Shown: positions 22,050 through 44,266, counted from the stretch's first letter. The stretch: DNA of 64,000 nucleotides from the human T2T-CHM13v2.0 reference genome, Homo sapiens (GCF_009914755.1 NC_060943.1), one strand, 5' to 3'. Made by a program: numbers and translations. Notes: generated by a model from the letters alone, not told the origin.

Positions 22050-22165
22050 CAGTGGGGCACAGTGATGAAGGTCTCAGTCTCTGGCATCAGAGCCTGAGTT
22101 TCATATCCCAGCTCTGCTGTGGTACATGAGGCAAGTTGCTTAACCTCTCTGTGCCTCAGTTTCTT
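22050..22165 (+). mobile_element. MIR element
   Basis: ggcaagttgcttaacctctctgtgcctcagtttct (MIR core). Confidence 0.75.
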
Positions 22166-22265
22166 CTTTTTTCCTTTATTTCTTCTTCTTTTTTTTGCCA
22201 CCTTCGAAAGTTTCTTATAATGTAAAATTTTACTTCTCAGGTTACTATACTGAAGAGTTGCTTCA

Positions 22266-22463
<198 letters not shown>

Positions 22464-22571
22464 TTAGGAGGCTGAGGCGGGAGAATTGCTTGAACTCAGG
22501 AGGCGGAGGTTGCAGTGACCCGAGACTGCACCATTGCACTCCAGCCTGGGCGACAGAGTAAGACTCTGTGT

Positions 22572-22610
<39 letters not shown>

Positions 22611-23399
22611 CACTAGGAACAGATAGGAATTTCACAATATTCAATTGATACTGGTTTCTTTCTTTTTTCTCTTTTCCTTCCTTCCTTCCTTCCCTTCCTC
22701 CTTCCTCCCTCCCCCTCTCCCTTCCTTCTTCCCTCCTCCCTGTCTCTCTCTCTTCCTCTCTGTCTCCATTTCTTTCTTGTTTTTGAGGTAGGTTCCCGCT
22801 CTGTCACCCCAGCTGGACCGCAGTGGTACAAACACAGCTCACTGTAGCTCAAACTCTTGGGCTCAAGCCGTCCTCACACCTCAGCCTCCTGATTAGCTGG
22901 GGCCAAAGGCATGTGCCACCACACCTGGCTAATTTTTTTTATTTTGTAGAGACAGGGTCTTGCTCTGTTGCCCAGGCTGCTCTCTAACTCCTGGGCTCCA
23001 GTGTCCCTTCCATCTTAGCCTCCAGGGTAGCTGGAATTACAGGCATAACACCTATATTTAATGAAGGTTTCATGCAGTCAAATAAACTAGTGTCTGTGTT
23101 CTGAGGGGAGGAGAGTGCCTTCAGGGCTAACTGTAGAAGCTTTGTTCTCTCCTTCAGTCTCTCTGTCTAATGAAGTGAAAATGGAAATGTGTAAAGTTTT
23201 ACGCAAGGTAACGGTAGCAGGAAAAACCAAGGTGAATATAAGTATGAGAAGAATCCTGACCTCTTAGCGTCAGTGTAAGAATTGAATGAATTAGCGCCCA
23301 GAAAGTTCACAGCCCTTGCTTGGGAGGCGGAAGTGGGAGGATCGCTTGAACCTAGGAGTTCAAAACCAGCCTGGGCAATATAGCAAGACCCTGTCTCTA

Positions 23400-23660
<261 letters not shown>

Positions 23661-23738
23661 TCAAGAAAAGGAAAGGCCCAGGCGTGGTGGCTCAAGCCTG
23701 TCATCCCAGCACTTTGGGAGGCTGAGGCAGGTGGATCA

Positions 23739-23921
<183 letters not shown>

Positions 23922-25016
23922 TCACTCCAGCCTGGGGTGACAGAGTAAGACAGAGTAAGACTCTGTCTCAAAAAAAAAAGAAAAAAAAAAAAGGAAAAGA
24001 AAGAGCTGAGCCCTCAATCAATGTCAGCTATTAACATCCCCATTTTACAGGTTGGCAAACTGAGGCTCAGCAAGTCTGTCCTGTCTCCTCAATTTGGTCA
24101 CTGGATGCTCAGAGTGGGAAGTCACCTCCTACCGCTGCCTAAGGCTCCAGGAGAGAGTCTCCCAACCAGGCTTCTGCAGTTCCCGCTGGAGAAGGTAGGG
24201 TGGGCTGTCAGCAGAGAAAGTGGAGAGTGCAGGGACCAGAGCACTACTGCAGTTCCTCAGTACCCCTCGTGCCCCTCCCAGCCCCTACCTGGGCTCATTA
24301 ACAGGAGGCCCTTGTTCAGGGGAGTGATGGATGGCGTGGGAGGCCGAGGGCGGGGTGTGTTTACCCACCGGCGGCTGCAGACAGGAGCCCAGGCCAGGGC
24401 CGGGCCAGTAGGGGAGGGAGGCTCCCAGGTAGGGAGGAGCCCAGCCCCAATACTGCTGCACGGAAAGGGGCCAGCTGGGCCCCTTCTGGAAACAGAGACC
24501 AAGGGTCAGGGAGGCCATTCTGCTGGGGAAATTGGTGCCGAGAGTTGAACAAGTGAACAGGTGCCAGCAGAGCAGAGCCCCAGGCAGAGGGCACAGCAGG
24601 GGCAAAGGCCCAGAGGTGGGTATGTGCTTGATGTGTTGGAGGTTCCGCGAGGCGTCAGGAGTGGCTGCAGCAAGCGGGGAGGGGAAATGGAGGAAATCTT
24701 CCGGCTGTGAGCCATGTTTAGGCTCCATGGGCGTGTCCATTCCCACATCTTTCTGCACGCCAGGCCCTTACCTGGGCTGTGACCGCTCCCTGGTGCCCTG
24801 TCTGCTTTCACATGGCTCATTCCTCACCCCGGCTGGCTTAGAGGCTCCCGCTGGCCTTCACAGGCCCTTGGTGTGCTCCATCAGAGCTGTGACCATGCTG
24901 TATGGGCACTGCCAGGTTACACGGGTCATGGGGCTGCCTCCTCCATCAGACTGAGCTCCACCATCTTGTTCCCCTCTGTGTTCCCTGCATATACACATGA
25001 TGGAATACTCCAATAA

Positions 25017-25988
25017 TGGATGGACAGATGGATGTATAAGTGGATGGATGGATGAGTGGATGGATGGATGGATAAGTGGATGGATGGATGGATGGATAAA
25101 TGAGTGGATGGATGGATGGATAAGTGGATGGATGGATGGATGGATGGATAAATGAATGGATGTATGGATGGATGGATGGATAAGTGGATGGATGGATGGA
25201 TGGATGGATGGATAAGTGCATGGATGGATGGATGGGTAAGTGGATGGATGGATGGGTAAGTGGATGGATGAATGGATGGACAAGTGGATGGATGGATGGA
25301 TGGATGGATGGATGGATAAATGGATGGATGGATGAATGGATAAGTGGATGGATGGATGGATGGATGGATAGGCAAATGGATAAATAAGTGAATGGATTGA
25401 TTAATGGATGGATGGATGATGTATAAGTGGATGGATAGATGGATGGATAAGTGGATGGCTGGATAGACAGATGGATAGGTGGATGGGTGCAAAGATAATG
25501 AATTGATGAATAGATGGATGAATGATGTATAAGTGAATGGATGGATAGGTAGATGGATGGGTGAATGGATGGATGGATAAGTGAATGGATGGATAAATGA
25601 ATGGATAAGGAGATATATTGTATGGATGAATGAATAAGTGAATAAATAATGGATAAATGGATACATTTATACATGTGGATGGATAATGTATAAATGGATG
25701 GATAAACAGATGAATGGATGCATAAGTGGATGTATAAATGAATGAATGAATGGGTGGATGGATAGATAAGTGGGTATATAGATGAATAAGTGGATGGATG
25801 GATGAGTAAGTGGATAAATGGATGGATGGATAGGTGGATAGGCAGCTGAATGGATGGATGATGTAGAAGTGGATGGATGGATGGATGGATGGATGGATGG
25901 ACAGATAAGTAGATGGATGGATAGATAAGTGGATGGATGGATAAGTGGATGAATGGGTGGATGGATAGATGGATGGATGGATGATGGA
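25017..25988. repeat. ~970 bp degenerate (GGAT)n / (TGGA)n simple repeat
   Basis: Continuous tggatggatg... with recurrent ataagt interruptions. Confidence 0.97.
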
Positions 25989-27148
25989 GTAAAGAAAAGC
26001 TACAAGACCACAAAACAAGGATCCACAGGACTAAGAAATGACAGAATCACATCACTGGTTAATGGAGCAACTGAACTGTGGAGTCCTAGGGCCACGGGAC
26101 CACAGAGTTAGAGATCCACGCAGTCCAGTCAACAGAAGCACAGAACCGAAGGGTAGTTGGAAGCTATAGGACCCCAGTGGGGGCAGAGACAAGCCATTGG
26201 GGCATCCCACATCCACGGTGCCACCAGGATAGAGTCTCAGAGTTGACCCCAACAGAACCACCCTCTGGCCACACCCTCACCTCTCAGCTCTCCAAGGAGC
26301 CTCCCAGGGGCCACTGAAGCCACAGGGTGCTTTTTCCCCCAATCTGTGGAGCAGCCTTGGGGGACAGGACCATGCCATCGCCAATGCCTGCAGCCAGTCA
26401 GCCTCCAAACACTCAGTGAGTCCCGGCACCAGGGCCAAGTGAGGCTGTCCAAGTACCAGGAAACACTGCCAGCCTCTGGCCAGGCTCCTCTGGACGCCGA
26501 GTGCTCTGCAGCCAGGGGCAAAGGAATCAACGGGTAACGTTTACATCCATGTCCCTTCCAAAGCCAGCAGCAACATAGCATGGAGGGGAGGCCGTGCCCC
26601 AGCTGCGTCCCCTCCGGGCCACGGTGCACTGACTAGCTGCCCGCTCCATCGCCAGGAGTCACAGCTCAGCTCGAATTTCTCGACACATCCACGTATTAAT
26701 GAGCTCTCCCAAGACAGCACCCGTTTGCCCAGCAGAACTTGCACCTGATGCCCAGAACAACCAGCCCATTTGAGATGGGGGAAACTGAGGCCCTTGTCTC
26801 AGAGGTGAGCCCAGGAACACAGCAGGCTGGAGCTGAGTCTCAATCCCAAGCCTGCAGGATGCTAAACCTGAACTTATCATCACCCAGTTGGGCTGCCTCT
26901 CAGGCCCCAGCCCCTTGTCCTGGGACCCCCCCACTTCCCCACCAGGTGTTTGCTTCCAAATGTGGTGCATTGCAGAATGCCAAGAGCACGGGCTGCAGCA
27001 GTTTCTTCCCTTCCATGGGCTCAGAATATCTAGCTCACAGGGCTGTGGTGGAGAAAAACTGTGGTCATAGCACAGAAAGGGGACCTGATTGCTGGCCTGA
27101 TAGGAGCCTTGCCCACACCGTTTCCCCCTCCCTTCTTCTTCTTCTTCT

Positions 27149-27180
<32 letters not shown>

Positions 27181-28789
27181 TTTTTTTTGAGATGGAGTCT
27201 CTCTCTGTTGCCCAAGCTGGAGTGCAGTGGCATGATCTCAGCTCACTGCAACCTCTGCCTCTGGGTTCAAGAGATTCTCCTGCCTCAGCCTCCCAAGTAG
27301 CTGGGACTACAGGCATGAGCCACCGTGGCTGGCTAATTTGTGTATTTTTAGTAGAGACATGGTTTTGCCATGTTGGCCAGGCTGGTCTCGAACTCCTGAT
27401 CTCAGGTAATCCGCCCACCTCAGCCTTCCAAAGTGGTGGGATTACAGGCCTGAGCCACCGCCACTAGCCTTTTTTTTTTTTTTTCCGCTAGGTTTCGCTT
27501 GTGTGATTACCTCATTCCATCTTACATATGAAAAAGTAGAAGGCAAGAGAGTGAGGTTCTAATCCTCCCGATACCCACCCTGGCAGCTTCAGGGAGGGTT
27601 TCTCGCATCTGCAGTGTAGTAAAAACATGGCATTGCTGGGCACCGTGGCTCACACCTGTAATCCCAGCACTTTGGGAGGCTGAAGCGGGAGGATCTCCTG
27701 AGCCCAGCAGTTCCAGACTGGCCTGGGCAACATATTGAGACCTCATCTCTACAAACAAGCAACAACAACAAAAAGGCTGGAGTGCGGTGGCACAATCTCA
27801 GCTCACTGCAACCTCCACCTCCCCGCTCAAGTGATTCACTTGCCTCAGCCTCCCTTGTAGCTGGGATTACAGGTTCTTGCCACCACAGCAGGCTAATTTC
27901 TGTATTTTTAGTAGAGACGGGGTTTCACCATGTTGCCCAGGCCGGTCTTGAATTTCAGACCTCAGGTGATCCGCCTGCCTCGGCCTCCCAAAGCGCTCGG
28001 ATTCCAGGCGTGAGCCACTGCCCGGTCTGCCTGCCCTTTCTGAATAGCAAGGATGGACCCCTGAAGTGCCAGGCTGAAATTCCGCCAGCTCACTGAGTGG
28101 GGAAACACCCTCTCCCTGACGAACTCAGCAAAGATCTCAAGGCTAACTCTCATAGGCTCAGCCCTGAACCAATCACTGCAGTCGGTGGGTGGAGGGCTTT
28201 GATTGGCTGGGCCAGGAGCCTGAGTCCCCTCTGGAGGTTGGAGGGGCAGGGGCCAAAGGAGGATGGTGTCAGTAACTCGTGGTGCAGGCAAACTTGATGG
28301 AAACTGAATCCCCACCCAGACTCTTGCCTTAGTGGGTCTCTGGCACCACGGGCTACTCTGAGTGGCTTTTTCTGGGGGTAGGGGGAGGGACGGAATCTCG
28401 CTCTGTCCTCCAGGCTGGAGTGCGGTGGCGCAATCTCGGCTCGTTGCAACCTCGGCCTCACGGGTTCAAGCATTCTCCTGCCTCAGCCTCCCAAGTAGCT
28501 GGGATTACAGGCGCCCACTACAACACCCTAATTTTTGTATTTTTAGTAGAGATGGGGTTTCACCATGTTGGCCAGGCTGGTCTCAAACTCCTTACTTCAG
28601 ATGATCCGCCCTCCTCGGCCTCCCAAAATGTTGGGATTACAGGTGTGAGCCACCGTGCCTGGCCTGAGTAGCTTTAACGGGGTGACCCTGGCCATGTGCC
28701 AAGCCCCATCCCCTGTCTCTACCTCCGGCTGCTGTATTTGAGGCCCCTTCTTACTGCCCTCTGCTTGCAGGAAGGTGGGTTCTTCCTTA

Positions 28790-29077
<288 letters not shown>

Positions 29078-29219
29078 TCAGGGGGCTGAGGTGGGAGGAT
29101 CACCTGAGCCTGGGGAGGCAGAGGTTGCAGTGAGCTATGATCGTGCCACTGTACTCCAGCCTGGGTGGCAGAGTGAGATCCTGTCACAAAAACAACAGCA
29201 ACAACAACAACAAAAATTA

Positions 29220-29720
29220 AGGAAGGGAATTCCAGGCAGAGAGGTGAGCTTGTGCAAAGGCCCTGGGGTAGGAAGTAATTTTCTTGTTGGAGGAGGTGAG
29301 GAGGCCGATGTGACTGGAGCAGAGTGAGGGAGGAGGGGGGAGATGGGTTAGAGAGATGGGCCAAGGTGGGATCACATGGGGGCCTTGCAAGCTGCAGCAA
29401 GGAGGTGGGTTTTATTCTGAGAGCAATAGGGAGCCATGGAGAGTGTGTGAGCAGGGGAGGAACATGATTTATGATTTTAAGCCATCTCTTGTGGCTGCAA
29501 TGGGGAAGAGGCCAGGCAATGTCAAGGCAAGAGCTGGTGGGGCCAGGGCCAGGGCACGGCCACAGGGTGGGGAGGAGAGGTTAGATTTGTTTGTTTTGAA
29601 GCCTGAGAGGACTAGAGCTACTGATGAGCTTGGGAAGGAAGGGAGGGAGGAGTCTCAGACGCGCCCAGATCTTGAACCCATCACAAGGTGGTTGGTAGGG
29701 TTGTTGCCCGACACAGGAAG
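29220..29720 (-). mobile_element. L2 LINE fragment
   Basis: gggaattccaggcagagagg...tgcaaaggccctgggg...ttttattctgagagcaatagggagccatggag. Confidence 0.65.
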
Positions 29721-30954
29721 ACTTAGCAGAAAACCATGAACCCCACCTTGGCCATGTTGTTGCTGAGGTGTCTGGTCTGGGCTGGCCAGGCTCCAGATGG
29801 AACCGTGGACCTTGTGGGCAAAGAGTGGCCTGTGACTTCCAGGCCTGGGCTGTGTGCGTTGCAGGGAGATGGGCAGGGGTCTCTGGCTGCGTCCTTGATC
29901 CCCATCCTTTGTGCAAACAGGTGGGGTGGGGCAGGGGGAACCCATGTTTTCCCCATCCCGGGTCCTTTTGTTCCAGTTGGAAGCCACGACCAATTCGAAA
30001 AGTCCAGATGTGGAGTTGGACGCAACCCTTGGACCGTGCGGTCTGGGGAGGCCAGTGGCCCGTCATCCAACAGGTCAGGCCTCCATGTGGCCTCGCTGGC
30101 TGTGGCCCGGCTGGGGCTGGGGGGCAGAACGGCTTTGATTTCGAGTCTCTGGCTGAATCTGCAAAGGTTAAAAAAATAATCACCAGCACCAAGGCGTTGC
30201 CCCTTCAAGACGTCAATCCCAACACCAGGCGGAAAAAACAGGCCCTGGGGCCCCTGCCAGCCCACAGGCCTGAGACCTGCAGAGGGGCCTGATCAGAAGG
30301 CCAAAAAGCTGGGTCCCCACATCTCTCCGGGCACAAGGGGAGACTCGGCTTCCCGTCTGGAACACAGGGCATTGCTGTAGAAGCGCATCCACGTTCAAGG
30401 TCAAGTGCAGCATCTACCTGCCTGCCAAGCCCTGGCCCAGGCAGTGGGGACCCATGAGGCGAGTCAAGGTTGGCCCCGGTCTGTAGGGCTCCCAGGCCAG
30501 AGATGGGGTTTCCCCATGCTGGTCATGCTGGTCTTGAACTCCTGACCTCAAGTGATCCACCCACCTTTGCCTCCCAAGTGCTGGGATTATGGGTGTGAGC
30601 CATTGCGCCCAGCCCCTTCCTTCATATTTACATAAAATACCCTTCTGTGACCCAGGACTTGGCTTAAATGTCAACACCTCAGGAGACCTTTCCCAACCCA
30701 TGGGCAAAAATACCTACACCCAGGTATTTCTTTCAGACACTTCTCACTCTTGGAAATGATCTTCTCGGCTACATTTTCATGAGGTTGGGAACGTGGTTTA
30801 TCCGCAGTTTGTGCCATTGTACCTGGCATATACTAGGTGAGATTGTCTCCTTGGGGACAAAGGAGGATGCTGGCTATCACAACAAAGTTTCACAAACATA
30901 TACCCTCTGAGACCCCCAGACCTCCCCCAGCAGTGCCCCAGGATTTACAACCAG

Positions 30955-33020
<2,066 letters not shown>

Positions 33021-33872
33021 CAGAGTGGTTTGAGTCATGCTGGAGGCGCACAGGCAGCTATGGAGGGTCAGCAGGAGGGACTGCTATGCTGCGACTGAAG
33101 GAGAGATGAGAATTGGCCTGGTAAGAGGCCACAGAGGGTGCTCGGGTGGGGGGACCAGCGTGTGTAAAGGCTTGGAGGCGACAGAGAACGATGGAGTGTT
33201 TCTGGAACTGTGTGTAGAGGGGCCCAACTCACACAGAGTGAGGGGAGAAAGGGCCATACTGCTGGAAGGGCCCACAAGCCCTGGGACGATGGGACTTGGA
33301 CTCCATCCCAGGGCAATGGGGAGCCATGGGAGGTATGTGAGCAGAAGGCACATCAGACCTGTACCCCCTCGTCCTGTGCCAGGTACCGAGAGGCTCCCTC
33401 CCAGACCTGGGAACCCCATGGGCTCAACATGCATGGTAGACACATCTCAAAGCAGTTTTATGTGAATTCCTGAGGAGAGCTGTCTCCAACAGGCCAGGCC
33501 ACCCGCTATCCTCACCACCACGGGGCTGGGGAGGTCTGTCGTCCACAGGAGCCTCCCAGACCCAGATAATGCGCTGACAGCTGCCTGGCCCTGCCTGGGC
33601 CTCGAGGCCTCCCCCCAGCATGGCTGGGTTCCCCCGAGGCCCGGGTCTGACTACCCCTTCCCGGCCTGACTACCCCTTCCTGGCCCTCGGTGGATGCTGA
33701 AGACATTTCTTCTTATTCCGCTGGAATTTTCCTCGTGGACCATGCCAGCGCCTCCAGAAACACATGAAAGGAAAATGTTTCCAGTCTGAGCAGGGCTGTT
33801 TTATTGCTCTCCGGGCTGGGAGTCTGACCACAGAGTGGAAAGGGCTCGTCATACCACTGTTCCTCCTGCTGA

Positions 33873-34070
<198 letters not shown>

Positions 34071-34507
34071 TGAGTAGCAGGGACTACAGTCTCTTGCCAC
34101 CATGCCTGGCTAACTTTCCAAAACTTTTTGTAGAGATGGGATCTCCCTATGTTGCCCAGTTTGGTCTTGGACTCCTGGGCTCATGTGATCCTCCTGCCTC
34201 GGCCTCCCAAAGTGCTAGGATGACAGGCATGAGGCATTGCTCCTGGCCTCTGCAGGGTTTTTCCAGCTAAGGAAAGTTTCCCCTGCCCTTGTCCCCCTGA
34301 CCAGGGAGCAACTCCCTCAAAAAATAGAGGTTGGGGGCCGGGCACACTGGCTCATGCCTGTAATCCCAGCACTTTGGGAGGCTGAGGTGAATGGATCACC
34401 TAAGGTCAGGAGTTCGAGACCAGGCTGGCCAACATGATGAAACCCCGTCTCTACTAAAAATACAAAAATTAGCCTGGTATGCTGGCACATGCCTATAATC
34501 CCAGCTA

Positions 34508-34615
<108 letters not shown>

Positions 34616-35109
34616 TCAAAAAAGAAAAGAAAGAAAATAGAAAAGAAAAGAGGAAAGGAAAAAGAAAAATAGAGGTTGGGAGCTCAACCTTGGAGCTGAT
34701 GCGTTTTTCCATCGTTTATTCATTCAACAGTCTACTTTTTTCCCAGAGTGTGCCCATTTCTGCATCGGGTGCTGGGGCGCAAATGGGAACAAGGAGGATC
34801 TGTCACTATTCTTTGGGAGCTCGTGGAAAGGTGGAAGGGGGGGCTTCATGTGACCCCATTCCCAGAGCTGAACATGGAGGCTTGGGGGGAAGCTGCTTGC
34901 CTGAGATGGTGCAAGGGAATAAGTGACAGGGTCAGAACGCAACACACAGAGTGGCTCCAAAACCGGTTTTCTGGTGTGGTGGCCCGTGCCTGTAATCCCA
35001 GCCACTCAGGAGGCTGAGGCAGGAGAACTGCTTGACCCCTGGAAGCTGCACTCTAGCCTGGGCAACAGAGTGAGACTCAGTCTCAAAAAATATATAAAAT
35101 AAAATAAAA

Positions 35110-35545
35110 TAAAGTGCACAATTCCCTGGCATTCAGTGCACACACCATGTTGTGCAATCACTACCTCGATCTACTTCCAGACTATTTCGTCACCCCGTAA
35201 AGACGCTCCGTTCCCATCAGCGGTCACTCCCCCTTCCTCTCCCCAGGCCCTGGCAACCACAAATCTGCTTTCTGTCTCTGTGGATTTGCCAGTTCTGGCC
35301 ATTTCCTACAAATGGAATCACACACTATGTGACATTTCGTGTCTGGCATCTTTCACTTGGCATGTGTTTTTGGGGTTCGTCCATGCTGTAGCAGGGAGCA
35401 GTGCATCCTTCCTCTTTTGTTTTGTTTTTGTTTTGTACTTCATTCCTTTTTGTGGCTGAATCATATTCCATTGCATAGATGGACCACATTTTGTTTATCC
35501 ATTCGTCTGTTGAGGGACATTTGGATCATTTCTACTTTTTGGTTA
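35110..35545 (-). mobile_element. Old L1 (L1M-type) 3' end fragment
   Basis: ccctggcaaccacaaatctgctttctgtctctgtggatttgcc...ttttgtggctgaatcatattccattg...ttgtttatccattc. Confidence 0.85.
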
Positions 35546-35559
35546 TTTAATTTCCTTTT

Positions 35560-38934
<3,375 letters not shown>

Positions 38935-39244
38935 TTACCACCCTCAATAGCAGCCTTGAGTCTCTGCAGCAACCAAAGCTTTGAGGCCAAGCCAAAACCC
39001 ACCTCCCTGACACGCTAGCACATCCCCAAAAAAGCAACCTGTGATCGTAGAATCAAGGTGGCTGCCGGCTTGCCCCCGCCACCTGAGGTTTACACAGACC
39101 CACCATCCCCTTCAAAGACACTGTTCAAAGCAAGGAGAGCTCTAACACAGACACACACACACCTATTTTTCTTTTCACTACCAGCATGCCCGGGTGTGCC
39201 TGAGGCTTGGCTGTGTATCCAGATCCCACAAGGGGCTCCTTTGA

Positions 39245-39697
<453 letters not shown>

Positions 39698-40007
39698 TAG
39701 GCATGAAACACCGTGCCCTGCCAACAAAGTGGATTTTAAAGAGACCCAAGTCTGGGCTGGGAGAAGCCACTGCAATATCCTAAATATCCTTTTCCCAAAG
39801 CCGTGGAATTTCTCTGCAGCGGCCAGGGCCAACGCTTACCCTCGAGGGACCTCTCTTGGTATGAAGGAAAAATTCCATTTTCCTGGACCTGGGGAAGCTG
39901 ATGTGGAACTCGAGGAGGGGCCAGCCTACGTTGAGAGCAGACACAGGGCACAGGGTAGGTTATAAATTTAGGACTCCAGGCTCAGGGGCGTGACCAGGCT
40001 GATTTAG

Positions 40008-40208
<201 letters not shown>

Positions 40209-40585
40209 TAGGTCTGGCTAATTTTTTGTATTTTTAGTAGAGACGGGGTTTTGCTGGGTTGGCCAGGCTGGTCTTGAACTGAACTCAAGTGATCCGCCCA
40301 CCTGGGCCTCCCAAAATGCTAGGATTACAGGCATGAGCCACGGTGCCCAGCCTCATTCATTTTTTTTTTTTTGAGATGGGATCTTGCTATATTGCCCAGG
40401 CTGGTCTAGAATTCCTAGGCTGAAGGGATCCTTTTGCCTCAGCTTCCTGAGAACCTGGGACTACAAGTGCATGCCACCATGCCTGGCAAGGTTGGCCTCA
40501 TTCTGTCTGGAACCCGGCCTAGACTGGGCGAGAGAGACACTTGTGATAAAGACCCATGGAGACTTCAATTTGTCTGAAACTTTTA

Positions 40586-40768
<183 letters not shown>

Positions 40769-40859
40769 CTATCACTTTGGGAGGCCGAGACGGGCTGGAT
40801 ACCTGAGGTCGGGAGTTCAAGACTAGCCTGACCAACATGGAGAAACCCCATCTCTACTA

Positions 40860-40997
<138 letters not shown>

Positions 40998-41451
40998 CTA
41001 GAGTGAAACTCTGTCTCAAAAAAAAAAAAAGTGAAAAATGTAGCCAGGCATGGTGGCCCGTGTCTGTAGTCCCACCTGCTTGAAAGGCTGAGGCAGGAAG
41101 ATTGCTTGAACCCAAGAGATCAAGGCTGCAATGAGCCATCACGGTGCCACCAGCCTGCACTCCAGCCTGGGCAACAGAGCAAGATCCTGTCTCAAAAAAT
41201 ATATATTCAATAATGAATCGTCACAATTTAGACAAAGAAAAGAACGCAAGCATTCATAAATAGCTCCTGCTCAGTGGCGGCTGGTCAGATACCAGGTGCC
41301 ACCATATGCCCCTCATGTATCACTCTCTGGGGTGTTGGGGGTGTCACTAGATTCCATTTCTCAGGTGAAACACAGAGAGACCAAGACATTGGAGAGAGGT
41401 CACACAGCAAGCAGATGGCTGGGCAGACATGTGAATTCAGACGTGATGTAG

Positions 41452-41820
<369 letters not shown>

Positions 41821-42526
41821 TGATCCGTCTGCCTTGGCTTTCCAAAGTGCTGGGATTACAGGCGTGAGGCCACTATGCCTGGCCCAGTTTTTATTTTTAT
41901 TTTTGAGACAGGGTCTCGCTCTGTCGCCCAGGCTGCAGTGCAGTGGTGTGATCTCAGCTCACTGCATCCTCGACCTTCTAGGCTCAAGCAATTCTCCCAC
42001 CTCAGCCTCCTGAGTAGTGGGGACTACAGGCCCACATCACCATGCCCAGCTAATATGTCAAAATTTTTTGTAGAGACAGGGTCTCACTATGTTGCCCAGG
42101 CTGTTTTCAAACTCCTGGGCTCAAGCGATCCTCCTGCCTTGGCCTCCCAAAGTGCTGAGATTACAGACGTGAGCCACTACACCTGGCCCCTGCCAAATAT
42201 TTTTAATCCCCACTTGGTTGCGTCTGAAGGTGCAGGGCCGACTGATAGAGAAGATCACTGTATTGTTTGTTAGGTTTTTAAAAATAGCTAGAAAAAAAAA
42301 TCTGCACCATAAGACAGGTTGAGAAAAAATAACTAGTAGCCAAGTAAACAAAAGTGGTCATGGGCCCTCCAGTGATGACTAGACCAAGCACTGTTTTTAT
42401 TCTCAGCCTCTCCATATGACATACTAGAAAATCCCTCTGGAGAGGGGATTACATGCAGATGCCAGCCGGATGCGGTGGCTCATGCCTGTAATCCCAGTAC
42501 TTTGGGAGGCCGAGGCGGGCAGATCA

Positions 42527-42797
<271 letters not shown>

Positions 42798-42907
42798 CTA
42801 GGACTCTCTTAAACTGAGTGCCTGGGTGGAGGTGGAGGGTGATCCTCGGAGACTGTGCCCCTCGAATCCGAGATGTCTGCATCCAGGGGAAGTCTTGGTG
42901 CCTTTGA

Positions 42908-43102
<195 letters not shown>

Positions 43103-43432
43103 TAATTTTTGGATTTTCAGTGGAGACGGGATTTCACCATGTTGGCCAGGCTGGTCTCGAACTCCTGTGCTCAAGCGGTCCTCCCTTCTCGGCCTCCCAA
43201 AGTGTTGGGATTATAGGCGTGAGCCACTGCGCCCAGCTGACAATTTCTTTTGGGTGATTTTTTAGAGTCTCCAGTTGAATCCCACTTCCCAAGCCCCATG
43301 CCAGATTCAAAGACAGCTCACGTCTCTGTCCAAGCCTCAATCTCCCCCTCTGGAAAATGGGTTGATACCACCTGCTCTCAGAATTGCTGGGCACTGCTTG
43401 TTAACTGATGGTGTCCTGTTTTTTGTTTCACA

Positions 43433-43556
43433 CTAAGGTTTCGCAACCTCAGCATGTTGACGTTTGGGGCAGGATAGTTCAATTTTTGTGGGGGACTGTC
43501 CCGTGCATCATAGATGTTTAGGAGCATCCCTGGCCCCTACCCACTAGACGACAGTA
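43433..43556. mobile_element. MER20 DNA transposon fragment
   Basis: caacctcagcatgttgacgtttggggcaggatagtt...gggactgtcccgtgcatcatagatgtttaggagcatccctggcccctacccactaga. Confidence 0.7.
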
Positions 43557-43557
43557 A

Positions 43558-43680
43558 AGAGTTGCTGGATTCAGCAAATATAAATACAGAAAACCCCGTT
43601 AAACGTAAACTGCAGATAAACAAATACTGCTTCTGCCTAAGTATGTCTCAAATGTTGCATGGCACATACTTATACTAAAA
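43558..43680. mobile_element. MER53-like palindromic DNA element (partial)
   Basis: gttgctggattcagcaaatataaatacag...cagataaacaa...taagtatgt...acatacttatactaaaa matches recalled MER53 consensus. Confidence 0.65.
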
Positions 43681-43768
43681 AGACATTTGAGCCAGGCGCG
43701 TTGGCTCACGCCTGTAATCCCACAACTTTGGGAGGCCAAGGCGGGCGGATCACGAAGTCAGGAGTTCA

Positions 43769-44266
<498 letters not shown>

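Noticed and set aside
24858-26018. Long - strand ORFs (up to 355 aa) of IHPS repeats
   Set aside because: They are translations of the (ATCC)n simple repeat, which rarely contains stops; there is no gene structure.
28155-28215. Paired CCAATCA / TGATTGG boxes suggesting a promoter
   Set aside because: This arrangement resembles old MaLR/ERVL LTR remnants; no CpG island or downstream exon.
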